A DNA stretch of 15,381 bases from an uncultured bacterium (GTDB taxonomy: Bacteria; Abyssobacteria; SURF-5): the NCBI GenBank assembly GCA_964510165.1, contig CAZEBC010000074.1, positions 2,042-17,422 on the forward strand, in the 5' to 3' direction. Under the pieces are notes generated by a model. That model was not told where the DNA came from. It made no database searches and saw nothing but the letters and a program-made list of their open reading frames with translations. The position numbers were made by a program, and so were the translations under genes. Below, one piece after another: positions 7,061 through 14,906 of this stretch; within the stretch, counting starts at the first letter, position 1; every line of letters starts with the position of its first letter.

Positions 7061-8044
7061 CTAATATTCAATAATCCGATGAATCGCCTCGATGACATCT
7101 TCTTTTTTCGGCAGATAGAACTCCTCAAGCGGCGGACTGTACGGTATGTGCGTGTCCGGCGCCGCCACCCGGATTATCGGCGTGTCCAGATATTCAAACA
7201 ACTCTTCTGACAGCAGCGCCGCGATCTCGGCGCCAATGCCGAGCGTTTTATGGTCTTCGTGAACGAGGATAGCGCGATTGGTCTTTTTCACCGACCTGTA
7301 GATGGTCTCGATGTCGAGCGGTTTGATCGAGCGAAGATCGATGAGCTCAATCGAAAGGTCTTCCCTCTCCTCCAGTTCACTGAGCGCCTCGCGGCAGTGG
7401 CTGACCATCGTGCCGTACGTGATCACGCTGGCGTCGCGGCCCTCGTGCAATACCTTCGCCGTGCCGAGCGGGACGATATAATCGTCCTCGGGCACATCAT
7501 CTTTGGCGCGCCGATACAGATATTTCGGTTCGAAGAAGATCACGGGGTCGGGGTCTCGGATGGCCGCCTTGAGCAGCCCCTTCGAGTCGTAGGCCGACGA
7601 GGGAACCACCACCTTCAGGCCGGGTGTGTGGGCGAACCACGCCTCCGGACTCTGAGAGTGATACAGCCCGCCGTGCACGCCGGCCGCCGAAGGAGCGCGT
7701 ATCACCATCGCCGCATTCATGTCGCCCGCGCTCCGATACCGCAGCGTCGCCGTCTGATTGACTATCTGATCGAATCCGCACGTTATAAAATCGGCAAACT
7801 GGATTTCGGCGACCACCTTATGTCCCGTGATGGCGAGCCCGAGGCCGATCCCGATGATTGCCGACTCCGATATCGGGGTGTCAATCACCCGATTCGGACC
7901 GAACTGCTCATACAACCCTTCGGTCGCTCTAAACGCGCCGCCATACTCGCCGACGTCCTCGCCGAGTACGATAACTGACTCATCTCGCTCCATCTCCTCT
8001 TTCATCGCGAGGCGTATCGCCTCAACCATTACCATCTCGGGCAT
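7061..8044 (-). CDS. 2-oxoacid dehydrogenase E1 beta subunit (branched-chain-like)
   Basis: Motifs LGEDVG..GGAFRATEGL, RVIDTPISE, AEIQFADF, GVHGGLYHSQSPEA, FFEPKYLY and ELIDLRS. Start placed at the ATG at 8044 (MPEMVMVEAIR), 1 nt after the E1-alpha stop, rather than 8086. Confidence 0.94.
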   Translation of the reverse strand: MPEMVMVEAIRLAMKEEMERDESVIVLGEDVGEYGGAFRATEGLYEQFGPNRVIDTPISESAIIGIGLGLAITGHKVVAEIQFADFITCGFDQIVNQTATLRYRSAGDMNAAMVIRAPSAAGVHGGLYHSQSPEAWFAHTPGLKVVVPSSAYDSKGLLKAAIRDPDPVIFFEPKYLYRRAKDDVPEDDYIVPLGTAKVLHEGRDASVITYGTMVSHCREALSELEEREDLSIELIDLRSIKPLDIETIYRSVKKTNRAILVHEDHKTLGIGAEIAALLSEELFEYLDTPIIRVAAPDTHIPYSPPLEEFYLPKKEDVIEAIHRIIEY

Positions 8045-8045
8045 A

Positions 8046-9029
8046 TCAGGGTTCCTCGTTCGTCGCGAACATGTGCTTGAGCGCATCCTCGCCGGGCGGA
8101 TACGGGTTTTCGTCGGCGAACTTCACGGCCTCGTCGAGCGTCTTCTTGATTTCATCCTCAAGCCTCGACTCGGTCTCTTCATCCAGATGGCCTTCTTCCG
8201 CGAGGAGTTTCTTGAACCGCTCGATTGGGTCTTTCTCTTTCCATTCTTCCTTTTCCTCTGGCGGTTGGTACTTGGCTTCGTCGTGCTCGGAATGTCCGCT
8301 GATGCGATACGTCATGCACTCGATCAGCGTCGGTCCGCCCCCGTTACGCGCCTTTGCGACCGCCGTCTCCATTGCATCGTATACCGCGAGCACGTCATTG
8401 CCGTCGGTCATGATGCCCTCGAAACCGTATGCCTCGGCCCTGTACGAGACGCAGCAAATGGCCATCTCTTTCGATACCGGAGTCGAATACGCATACTTGT
8501 TGTTCTCGCACACGAAAATGGCGGGCGGCTTGTGGATGCCCGCGAAATTGAGGCCCTCGTGAAAATCGCCCCGGTTAGAGCCGCCCTCTCCGAAGTAGCT
8601 CACGACCACGTTGTCGGTTCCCCGGAACTTAAGAGACATCGCCACTCCGACCGTGATGGGGATCGTCGAGGCGAGAATGCTCGTCGGCGGGATTATCCCG
8701 AGTTTCCTGCTGCCCGCATGGAGGAATGAATCCTTCCCTTTCGAGGGGCCGGCCTCTTTGCCCATGATCTGAGCCATCAGGATCTTCGGCTCCATCCCCT
8801 TGACAAGAAAAGCGCCCAGGTCCCTGTGGACCGGCGAAATCCAGTCGCCTTCCCGAAGGTGCGCGCAGGTGCCGACAGGGATAGCCTCCTGGCCCCTCGA
8901 CAGATACAGGCCACCATAGATTTTGCCCTGCCGGTAAAGCCTTGTCAGGCGCTCCTCAAACCGGCGCGTCATCAGCATGTCTTTATAAAGATTGAGAAGT
9001 CTTGCTCGTGGAAGATCTCGTGCAGGCAT
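8046..9029 (-). CDS. ThDP-dependent 2-oxoacid dehydrogenase E1 alpha subunit
   Basis: GQEA, ThDP-binding FGEGGSNRGDFHEGLNFA...ENNKYA, DGNDVLAV, GPTLIE..TYR.SGHSEHD and KDPIERF. ATG at 9029 preferred, TTG at 9035 possible. Confidence 0.94.
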   Translation of the reverse strand: MPARDLPRARLLNLYKDMLMTRRFEERLTRLYRQGKIYGGLYLSRGQEAIPVGTCAHLREGDWISPVHRDLGAFLVKGMEPKILMAQIMGKEAGPSKGKDSFLHAGSRKLGIIPPTSILASTIPITVGVAMSLKFRGTDNVVVSYFGEGGSNRGDFHEGLNFAGIHKPPAIFVCENNKYAYSTPVSKEMAICCVSYRAEAYGFEGIMTDGNDVLAVYDAMETAVAKARNGGGPTLIECMTYRISGHSEHDEAKYQPPEEKEEWKEKDPIERFKKLLAEEGHLDEETESRLEDEIKKTLDEAVKFADENPYPPGEDALKHMFATNEEP

Positions 9030-9063
9030 ATCCAAATCCGTCCGTATGCGATCCCTGATTCAA

Positions 9064-9091
9064 TGTGGGGGACGCACTGGGTGCGCCCACA
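9064..9091. repeat. Degenerate REP-like hairpin in the E1-alpha leader
   Basis: TGTGGG-GGA-CGCAC-TGG-GTGCG-CCCACA gives stems TGTGGG/CCCACA and CGCAC/GTGCG. The start resembles the TGTAGGGG of the 7018 element. Confidence 0.55.
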
Positions 9092-9108
9092 CCAACGCCG
9101 CCTAGCGA

Positions 9109-9137
9109 AATATAGCATCAAAGGGCATGCTCAGCAA
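9109..9137 (-). promoter_or_regulatory. sigma70-like promoter of the E1a-E1b-E2-IDH operon
   Basis: Minus strand TTGCTG (9137-9132), 17 nt, TATATT (9114-9109), with an extended -10 TGn. Confidence 0.55.
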
Positions 9138-9155
9138 GCAAGGAAAACATCCTTG

Positions 9156-11528
9156 TCAAGACAAAGGCAGAAGCTCTTTGGCAGCCTCTCGCTGCAATCG
9201 GAAGGGTCTTCTGCATATGAAGGCCGGCTTGAACACGCTCAATGCCGCCGGCAGGAGCGTGACCGAGCCGAGGAAGCTTGTGACCATGCTGAACGAGAGC
9301 AGCCGTCCAAGTATCTGGTGACCGGTAAACCTCGATATCAGCAGCACAAGAAAGCCCGCCGTCACGACCACTGCATTGAACAGGATCGCCTTGCCGCTCG
9401 TCCTGAGCGTGCGCATGTTCACCTCGGCCAGGTCGGCGGTCTGAGCGGCCTCTCTCTGGAACTTGAACACCAGGTGGATCGCGTAATCAACTCCGATGCC
9501 CATCGCCACCGCAAACGCCGACGAGTTCGCAAATCCGATGGTCACCCCGAGCATCCCCATAAGCCCGAAGTTGAGAAGCATCGCCATCGTGATCGGGATA
9601 ATGTTGTACACGCCGCCCGTGAACGAACGGAACATGACGGCGGTCATGATGTAAATGACGACTATCGAAAGCAGTGTGCTGCCGAGCATGCCGCGTACCG
9701 CAAGGTCTATCACCACGTGCGTCACATACGCGAACCCGGTGAAGTTCGCCTTGACCGGCTCATCCTTGAAGTTCTCGTCAATGTACTTGCCGAGCATGCG
9801 CGACAGCCGGTTCGCAACCTCGGTGTGGTCATCCTTGAGCATAATGGTAATGTTGGCGCGGCGGTACTCATAGTCCACTACTTCGTCAAAATCGTCCGGA
9901 TCGCCCGACATTGAATACAACAGAAGATACTGCGCGATGGCCTCGCGGCTCTCAGGGACCGCGTTGAATTCTTCCTGGTCCTCGTTCATCACCTTGTTCA
10001 TGCGCTTGAGATAGTCCACAATCGAAATCGTGCCGCCGACCTCCTCCGATTCCTCGGCCAACTTCTGGAGGCCGTCCATCTTCTTGAGCAGCGACGGCGA
10101 CTTGATGGCGTCGGGCTCGTTTCCCTCTATGATCACATTGACCGACACCGTTCCGTTCAGCTTCTCACAGATCAGCCTGTCCGAGATATAGACCTCGCTG
10201 TCGTGCGGGAACATGTCCACCCAACTATCGTTCGCGCGCAACCCGACAAAGCCGAGACCCGCAACAACAGCCAGCAGCACGCCGGCAATGCAGATCTTCA
10301 CCCGATGCCGATACACGAACCGGCCCGTCGCGCCAAGCGCCGTGTCGGTGTATCTGTCGATGAACGCGCCGATATCCAGGCTCCGTTGTCCGAGGGCCTC
10401 CGGCAATCTCACCAGCATCAGGCCGGCCGGAATGAACGTCAGCGAGAACAGAAGCGCGCACATAATCCCGACGCCCGTGAACAGCCCGAAGTAGCGAATA
10501 GGTTCCAGGCTCGACGTGAGGAGCGACACGAAGCCGACCGCCGTCGTGAGAGAACTCATCAGCACCGGCTGCCAGATGGTCAGCATGCTGCCAAGCACGA
10601 TCTCGCGCCGCTCGCCACTCGGGTTCGCTTGAGCCTCTTCATGATACCGATTGAGGATATGAATGCCGTATGCGCTTCCTATCGCGATCAGGATCACGGG
10701 CGTCATCGTGGTCATGTCGTACACCGGCACCTTCACCACGCTCATGATGCCCATGCTCCACACCACGCTCGCCAGCACCACCGCCAGTGGCAGCGCCACC
10801 CCCCGCATGGTGCCGAACGTGAGATAAAGCAGCAGCACGATGACCATTATCACGATGGGCAGCGTTATCTTGAGGTTTCGCACCATATAGTCAATGAACG
10901 TCGCCTCGAGCACCGGCTGTCCCGCGATATAGATTCGGTCGCCCCCACCCTTTTCGCGCTCGACAAGCTTCTTGACCTCGCCGTACACATACGCCTGCTT
11001 GTCCTGGTCGTCCTCGATCTTGGCGAGGATCACCGCGGCCGTCCCGTCCTCGGACACGAGCCACCCCACAAACATCTCGTTGCCGTACAGGCTCTCCTTG
11101 AGGTGCTCGATTTCCTCCCGGGTTTCCGGAACCTCCTCCATCAGCGGAACCACCTCAATGCCCTCCGCAGTCCCGATGATGTTATCCATCGTGCTGATGC
11201 TCTTTATGTCCTCCTTGCGTTGCGCAATCACGTACCGCACCTGCGACACCTGCTCCGTCAGCCGCTTTATCTTGCCCAGCGTCTGCGGATTGAACACGCC
11301 GTCCGGACCGTCGTTGAATATCGTGATCGCCATCGGCTCCTGGAAATTGAAGATATCCTTGACAAGTCTTTCATAGATGACGGCGGGATGTCCGTCGGGC
11401 AGGTACACCTCTACGTCAGTCTCAAGCCGGAGCTTCGGCAACTGGAGCGCGAAAAAAACGGTGAGCGCGAGCGTGGCCAGGATGACCAGTCGAGGGAATC
11501 GTATGATGACCTCAAAGAATGTCTTCAT
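9156..11528 (-). CDS. MMPL/RND-superfamily transporter
   Basis: Duplicated architecture of 1 TM, a large extracytoplasmic loop and 5 TM. Motifs IAIGSAYGIH, SSLTTAVGFVSL, GIGVDYAIH and SGKAILFNAVVVTAGF. Start placed at the ATG at 11528 (MKTFFEVIIRFPRLV), with 11570 as the alternative. Confidence 0.9.
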   Translation of the reverse strand: MKTFFEVIIRFPRLVILATLALTVFFALQLPKLRLETDVEVYLPDGHPAVIYERLVKDIFNFQEPMAITIFNDGPDGVFNPQTLGKIKRLTEQVSQVRYVIAQRKEDIKSISTMDNIIGTAEGIEVVPLMEEVPETREEIEHLKESLYGNEMFVGWLVSEDGTAAVILAKIEDDQDKQAYVYGEVKKLVEREKGGGDRIYIAGQPVLEATFIDYMVRNLKITLPIVIMVIVLLLYLTFGTMRGVALPLAVVLASVVWSMGIMSVVKVPVYDMTTMTPVILIAIGSAYGIHILNRYHEEAQANPSGERREIVLGSMLTIWQPVLMSSLTTAVGFVSLLTSSLEPIRYFGLFTGVGIMCALLFSLTFIPAGLMLVRLPEALGQRSLDIGAFIDRYTDTALGATGRFVYRHRVKICIAGVLLAVVAGLGFVGLRANDSWVDMFPHDSEVYISDRLICEKLNGTVSVNVIIEGNEPDAIKSPSLLKKMDGLQKLAEESEEVGGTISIVDYLKRMNKVMNEDQEEFNAVPESREAIAQYLLLYSMSGDPDDFDEVVDYEYRRANITIMLKDDHTEVANRLSRMLGKYIDENFKDEPVKANFTGFAYVTHVVIDLAVRGMLGSTLLSIVVIYIMTAVMFRSFTGGVYNIIPITMAMLLNFGLMGMLGVTIGFANSSAFAVAMGIGVDYAIHLVFKFQREAAQTADLAEVNMRTLRTSGKAILFNAVVVTAGFLVLLISRFTGHQILGRLLSFSMVTSFLGSVTLLPAALSVFKPAFICRRPFRLQREAAKELLPLS

Positions 11529-11595
11529 TCGCGTGCGCCGGAGAATCACCGTCAGGCCGGTAAGATCCATTCTTGGGATGACGCAGTCACGATGT

Positions 11596-11633
11596 ATTGT
11601 TGCATAGGCACGCTAAGCTTGTCAAAATTTGAC
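11596..11633 (-). promoter_or_regulatory. Possible MMPL promoter with an overlapping palindromic operator
   Basis: Minus strand TTGACA (11625-11620), 18 nt, AACAAT (11601-11596) preceded by TGn. The inverted repeat GTCAAA-A-TTTGAC (11621-11633) overlaps the -35. Confidence 0.45.
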
Positions 11634-11643
11634 GCCAGATCGG

Positions 11644-11675
11644 TTCTTGTGTTTCCTTGCGCCCTTCGGGGAAAA
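11644..11675 (+). repeat. Degenerate short periodic intergenic repeat (copy 1, weakest)
   Basis: TT-CTTGTGTTTC-CTTGCGCC-CTTCGGGG-AAAA, resembling the copies at 12775 and 13859. Confidence 0.35.
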
Positions 11676-11681
11676 TTCTCT

Positions 11682-12689
11682 TCACGCGATCAGCCTGCCG
11701 ACTCCGCCGATCTCCTCGATCCACTTTTTCAGGCGCCGCATGCCCTCGTCTATGCTCACTCCGGCTTTGTAGCCCAGCATCCGCTTCGCCTTCTCGCAAC
11801 TGAAGGTGAGGTTCCGGCCCAGCAGCGCGATGCCGTACCGTGACATCAAAGGCTCGCTGTTCGGCGACAAGAACGCCTGTACCTTCTCGGCAACGCCGGC
11901 CACCGCATACACAAGCCCGTAAGGGGCCGACACGCGCGGTGGCGGAAACCCCACCGCTCCGGCCATCTTCTCGAGAAATTCCCGCGTCGCAATGTCCTCG
12001 TCATCTGTCACGAAGAACGCTTCGGCGGAAAGGTCACTTGTTGCCCCGAGGATCAAGCAGTCGCACACGTTCTCGACGTAGCTGGTCGATACCCTCGCTC
12101 TGCCGCCATTCAGCAGCGCCAGCATCCTCAGACGCGCGGCCTTCGCGATGCTCGGCAGTATCGTCGTGTCACCCGGCCCCCACACCCACGTCGGGCGAAC
12201 CGCAACCGCGCGCACGCGCCCCGCCTTTGCCGCCGCCAACACCTCTCGCTCGGCGAGCGCCTTGGTCTCTGAATAATAGTCCCTGTAGCGCGAGGGGTAC
12301 GGCGTGGATTCGTCGGCGTTGTGCTTGCTTGTGTGGTCGAACGTCACCGATTGCGTGCTCACATACGCCAGCCTGCCGACACCCGTATGTTCGCACGCCT
12401 TGAGTACGTAGCTCGTGCCCTCGACGTTCACCAGATGGAATTCGCTTCGCGAGCCGCCGACGCCGACCTTCGCAGCACAATGATACACAACGTCCATGCC
12501 CCGCGCGGCATCCAGCAGCGATTCGTAATGTGTGATGTCGCCCGTCGCAAGCTCGGCGCCCATCTTCTCGACATCGGACGCTTTGCTCCCGCGCCTAACC
12601 AGACACCGAACCTTGTCGCCTCGCTCGACCAGCTTCCGAATCAGATGCCTCCCCACAAACCCTGTTCCACCCGTCACCAGCACTTTCAC
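11682..12689 (-). CDS. NAD-dependent epimerase/dehydratase, extended SDR (3-beta-HSD-like)
   Basis: VLVTGGTGFVG Rossmann motif, VYHCAA, VNVEGT, catalytic YSETK and VRPTWVWGPGD. GTG start at 12689 follows GGAGG. The track start at 12701 is a TTG overlapping that RBS. Confidence 0.9.
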   Translation of the reverse strand: MKVLVTGGTGFVGRHLIRKLVERGDKVRCLVRRGSKASDVEKMGAELATGDITHYESLLDAARGMDVVYHCAAKVGVGGSRSEFHLVNVEGTSYVLKACEHTGVGRLAYVSTQSVTFDHTSKHNADESTPYPSRYRDYYSETKALAEREVLAAAKAGRVRAVAVRPTWVWGPGDTTILPSIAKAARLRMLALLNGGRARVSTSYVENVCDCLILGATSDLSAEAFFVTDDEDIATREFLEKMAGAVGFPPPRVSAPYGLVYAVAGVAEKVQAFLSPNSEPLMSRYGIALLGRNLTFSCEKAKRMLGYKAGVSIDEGMRRLKKWIEEIGGVGRLIA

Positions 12690-12749
12690 GGCATCCTCCA
12701 AGTCGTGTTTTCACCGGTAAACCTGCCCAGAATCCTGAGAACCACCCAT

Positions 12750-12758
12750 ATTGTATCA
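12750..12758 (-). promoter_or_regulatory. Extended -10 element for the SDR gene
   Basis: Minus strand TG-A-TACAAT about 60 nt upstream of the start. There is no recognisable -35, and that position is overlapped by the periodic repeat. Confidence 0.45.
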
Positions 12759-12774
12759 CGAGAACAAATTCTTT

Positions 12775-12798
12775 CTTAGTGCCTTTGAGCCTTGGTGT
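12775..12798 (+). repeat. Short 8-bp-period intergenic repeat (copy 2)
   Basis: CTTAGTGC-CTTTGAGC-CTTGGTGT. Confidence 0.65.
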
Positions 12799-12828
12799 TT
12801 AGACGCCCTTCCTGAGCGGGATGCCGAT

Positions 12829-12858
12829 TTGACATTCCGAAGCGTCCTGCGATAGGCT
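12829..12858 (+). promoter_or_regulatory. sigma70-like promoter of the AKR-ADH-isomerase operon
   Basis: TTGACA (12829-12834), 18 nt, TAGGCT (12853-12858). GGAGG RBS at 12895-12899. Confidence 0.55.
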
Positions 12859-12904
12859 TGGGCCGTCCCTCTTCGCTTGTCCAGCACGCTCCGCGGAGGT
12901 GTTT

Positions 12905-13855
12905 ATGAAACGAGTCGCGCTTGGCAACACCGGCGTCGAGGTCACCGAACTCTGCTTCGGAACCCTGACCATGAGCCGGCTCCAGACCAATATGCCGCCC
13001 GAGGACGGCGGCCCCGTCATCGCACGCGCGCTCGACTTGGGCGTTGACTTCATCGACACCGGCCAGGTCTATCGCACCTATGACCACGTGGCGGCGGCCA
13101 TACGCGGTCGGGCGCACAAGCCCGTCATCGCGACCAAGTCGCACGCCGCAACGTATGACGACATGAAGGTCGCCGTCGAGGAGGCTCTCTCCTCCATGGG
13201 TCTCGACCGAATCGACATTTTCCTCCTGCATCTTGTCCGCTCCGAAGAGCATTATCGCGAACGCGCAGGCGCTCTGGAATGCCTGCTCGAATACAAGCAG
13301 AAGGGCCTCATCCGCGCCGTCGGCCTCTCTACCCACACCATCGAGGGAATCGAGCCCGCGCTCAATCACCCCGAAATGCAGGTGGTTCTGCCGTGCGTCA
13401 ATCGTAAAGGGCTCGGCATCAACGACGGAGAACTCGACGACATGCTGCCCATCCTCCGGCAGCTCCGCTCGATGCGAAAGGGAATCTACGCGATGAAACC
13501 GCTCGGGGGCGGACACCTCTTCAACGAGGTCGAGTCCTCGCTCAACTACGTTCGCAGCCTCGGAGTTGTCGATTCCCTCGCGGTCGGCATGAAGAGCGTC
13601 GCCGAGGTCGAGATGAACGCCTGCATCTTTAACGACCAGCCCGTTCCCGCGGAAGTGAAGGAGCGCGCGCGGCAGGTCTCAAAAAAACTCATCATTTACC
13701 ACCGCATCTGCCAGGGGTGCGGCTCGTGCGTCGAGCGGTGCGACCAGGGAGCGCTCAACATCGTGGACGAAAAGGCCGTCGTTGACGAGTCCAAATGCAT
13801 CCTCTGCGGCTATTGCGCTGAAGAATGCCCCGTCTTCGGCATACGGGTGGTCTAA
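12905..13855 (+). CDS. Aldo/keto reductase with C-terminal 2x[4Fe-4S] ferredoxin domain
   Basis: AKR motifs LGNTGVEVTELCFG, FIDTGQVY, IATK, IDIFLLH, GLIRAVGLSTH and AMKPLGGG. Ferredoxin motifs CQGCGSCVERC and CILCGYCAEECP. ATG at 12905 is well spaced from GGAGG. Confidence 0.92.
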   Translation: MKRVALGNTGVEVTELCFGTLTMSRLQTNMPPEDGGPVIARALDLGVDFIDTGQVYRTYDHVAAAIRGRAHKPVIATKSHAATYDDMKVAVEEALSSMGLDRIDIFLLHLVRSEEHYRERAGALECLLEYKQKGLIRAVGLSTHTIEGIEPALNHPEMQVVLPCVNRKGLGINDGELDDMLPILRQLRSMRKGIYAMKPLGGGHLFNEVESSLNYVRSLGVVDSLAVGMKSVAEVEMNACIFNDQPVPAEVKERARQVSKKLIIYHRICQGCGSCVERCDQGALNIVDEKAVVDESKCILCGYCAEECPVFGIRVV

Positions 13856-13858
13856 GAA

Positions 13859-13888
13859 CTTAGTGTGCTTCTTTGTGCCTTGGTAGTT
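13859..13888 (+). repeat. Short periodic intergenic repeat (copy 3)
   Basis: CTTAGTGTG-CTT-CTTTGTGC-CTTGGTAG-TT, with the same unit order (CTTAGTG, CTTTG.GC, CTTGGT) as the 12775 copy. Confidence 0.65.
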
Positions 13889-13910
13889 CATATCACCTTT
13901 CGGAGGACCC

Positions 13911-14906
13911 ATGAAGATCGCCGCATACGTTGACACCGGAATCATGGAAATACGCGAGATTCCCACGCCCATACCCCGCGACGACGAGCTGTTGGTAAAA
14001 GTCGAATACTGCGGCATCTGCGGCTCCGACATCCACCAGGTCCAGTACGGAATGGAAGAGCCCGGCGACCTCATGATGGGCCACGAAGGCAGCGGAGTGT
14101 TGGCCGCCGTCGGCAAGAACGTCAGCGGTTGGAGTGAGGGCGACCGCGTCATCATCAAGCGCGTTCATCCCTGCGGACGCTGCTGGCACTGCCACAATCA
14201 TTTGAGCAGCATGTGCAGGAACAAGCAGTACACAAGCAACGGCGCATACGCCGAATATCTCACCTGCACCGACGACCATCTCTACCGGCTTCCCGACGAC
14301 GTCTCGCTCGAGGCTGCCGCCCTCTGGAATCCGCTGACCAATGCTCTCCACGCCGTCCAGATATCTTCCCTGAAACTCGGCGACCTCGCCGTCGTGATCG
14401 GGACCGGTCCGATCGGCCTGTTCACCATCGCCTCTGCCCGCCGCGCGGGCGCGGCGCCCGTGCTCGCGACCGAGATTCTTCCGAGAAGGGCCGAGGCCGC
14501 CCGAAAGCTCGGGGCGACTGTCCTTGACCCGTTGAAGGACGATGTGATGAGAGCGATCACCGACATAAAGGAATTCGGCGCCGATGTCGCCTTCGAGTGC
14601 GCCGGTGCGTCTGGCACCCTGCAGGAGGCAATCCAGTACGTCCGCCCCGGAGGTCAGGTGGCGCTTATCGGGATTCACATGGAGTTCTTCCAGTTCAGCA
14701 CCCTCCTGTGGGTGATGAAAGAGATAGATGTCCAGGCGGCGTTCGGGATGACCGACGAGTTGCCGCTCGCCGTCGAGATGCTCCGCGACCGAACAATCAA
14801 GACGGAAGACGTTGTCTCAAGCATCATCCCGCTCAGAGATTTGCCCGGCATGATGAAAAAACTCTTCGGGCCGAATGATGAAATCAAAGTGCTGGTGAAA
14901 CCATGA
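13911..14906 (+). CDS. Zinc-dependent medium-chain alcohol/polyol dehydrogenase
   Basis: CGICGSD, GHEGSG, structural Zn motif CGRCWHCHNHLSSMC, GTGPIG Rossmann motif and DVAFECAG. GGAGG RBS. Confidence 0.93.
   Translation: MKIAAYVDTGIMEIREIPTPIPRDDELLVKVEYCGICGSDIHQVQYGMEEPGDLMMGHEGSGVLAAVGKNVSGWSEGDRVIIKRVHPCGRCWHCHNHLSSMCRNKQYTSNGAYAEYLTCTDDHLYRLPDDVSLEAAALWNPLTNALHAVQISSLKLGDLAVVIGTGPIGLFTIASARRAGAAPVLATEILPRRAEAARKLGATVLDPLKDDVMRAITDIKEFGADVAFECAGASGTLQEAIQYVRPGGQVALIGIHMEFFQFSTLLWVMKEIDVQAAFGMTDELPLAVEMLRDRTIKTEDVVSSIIPLRDLPGMMKKLFGPNDEIKVLVKP

Noticed and set aside
9154..9159. TTGACA on the minus strand at the MMPL stop
   Set aside because: There is no -10 at 16-18 nt spacing. The 9109-9137 candidate fits better.
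8826..11843. Long + strand ORFs 8826-9914 and 10203-11843
   Set aside because: Antisense shadows of the MMPL and E1-alpha genes. The His/Arg/Gln richness mirrors hydrophobic codons on the other strand.
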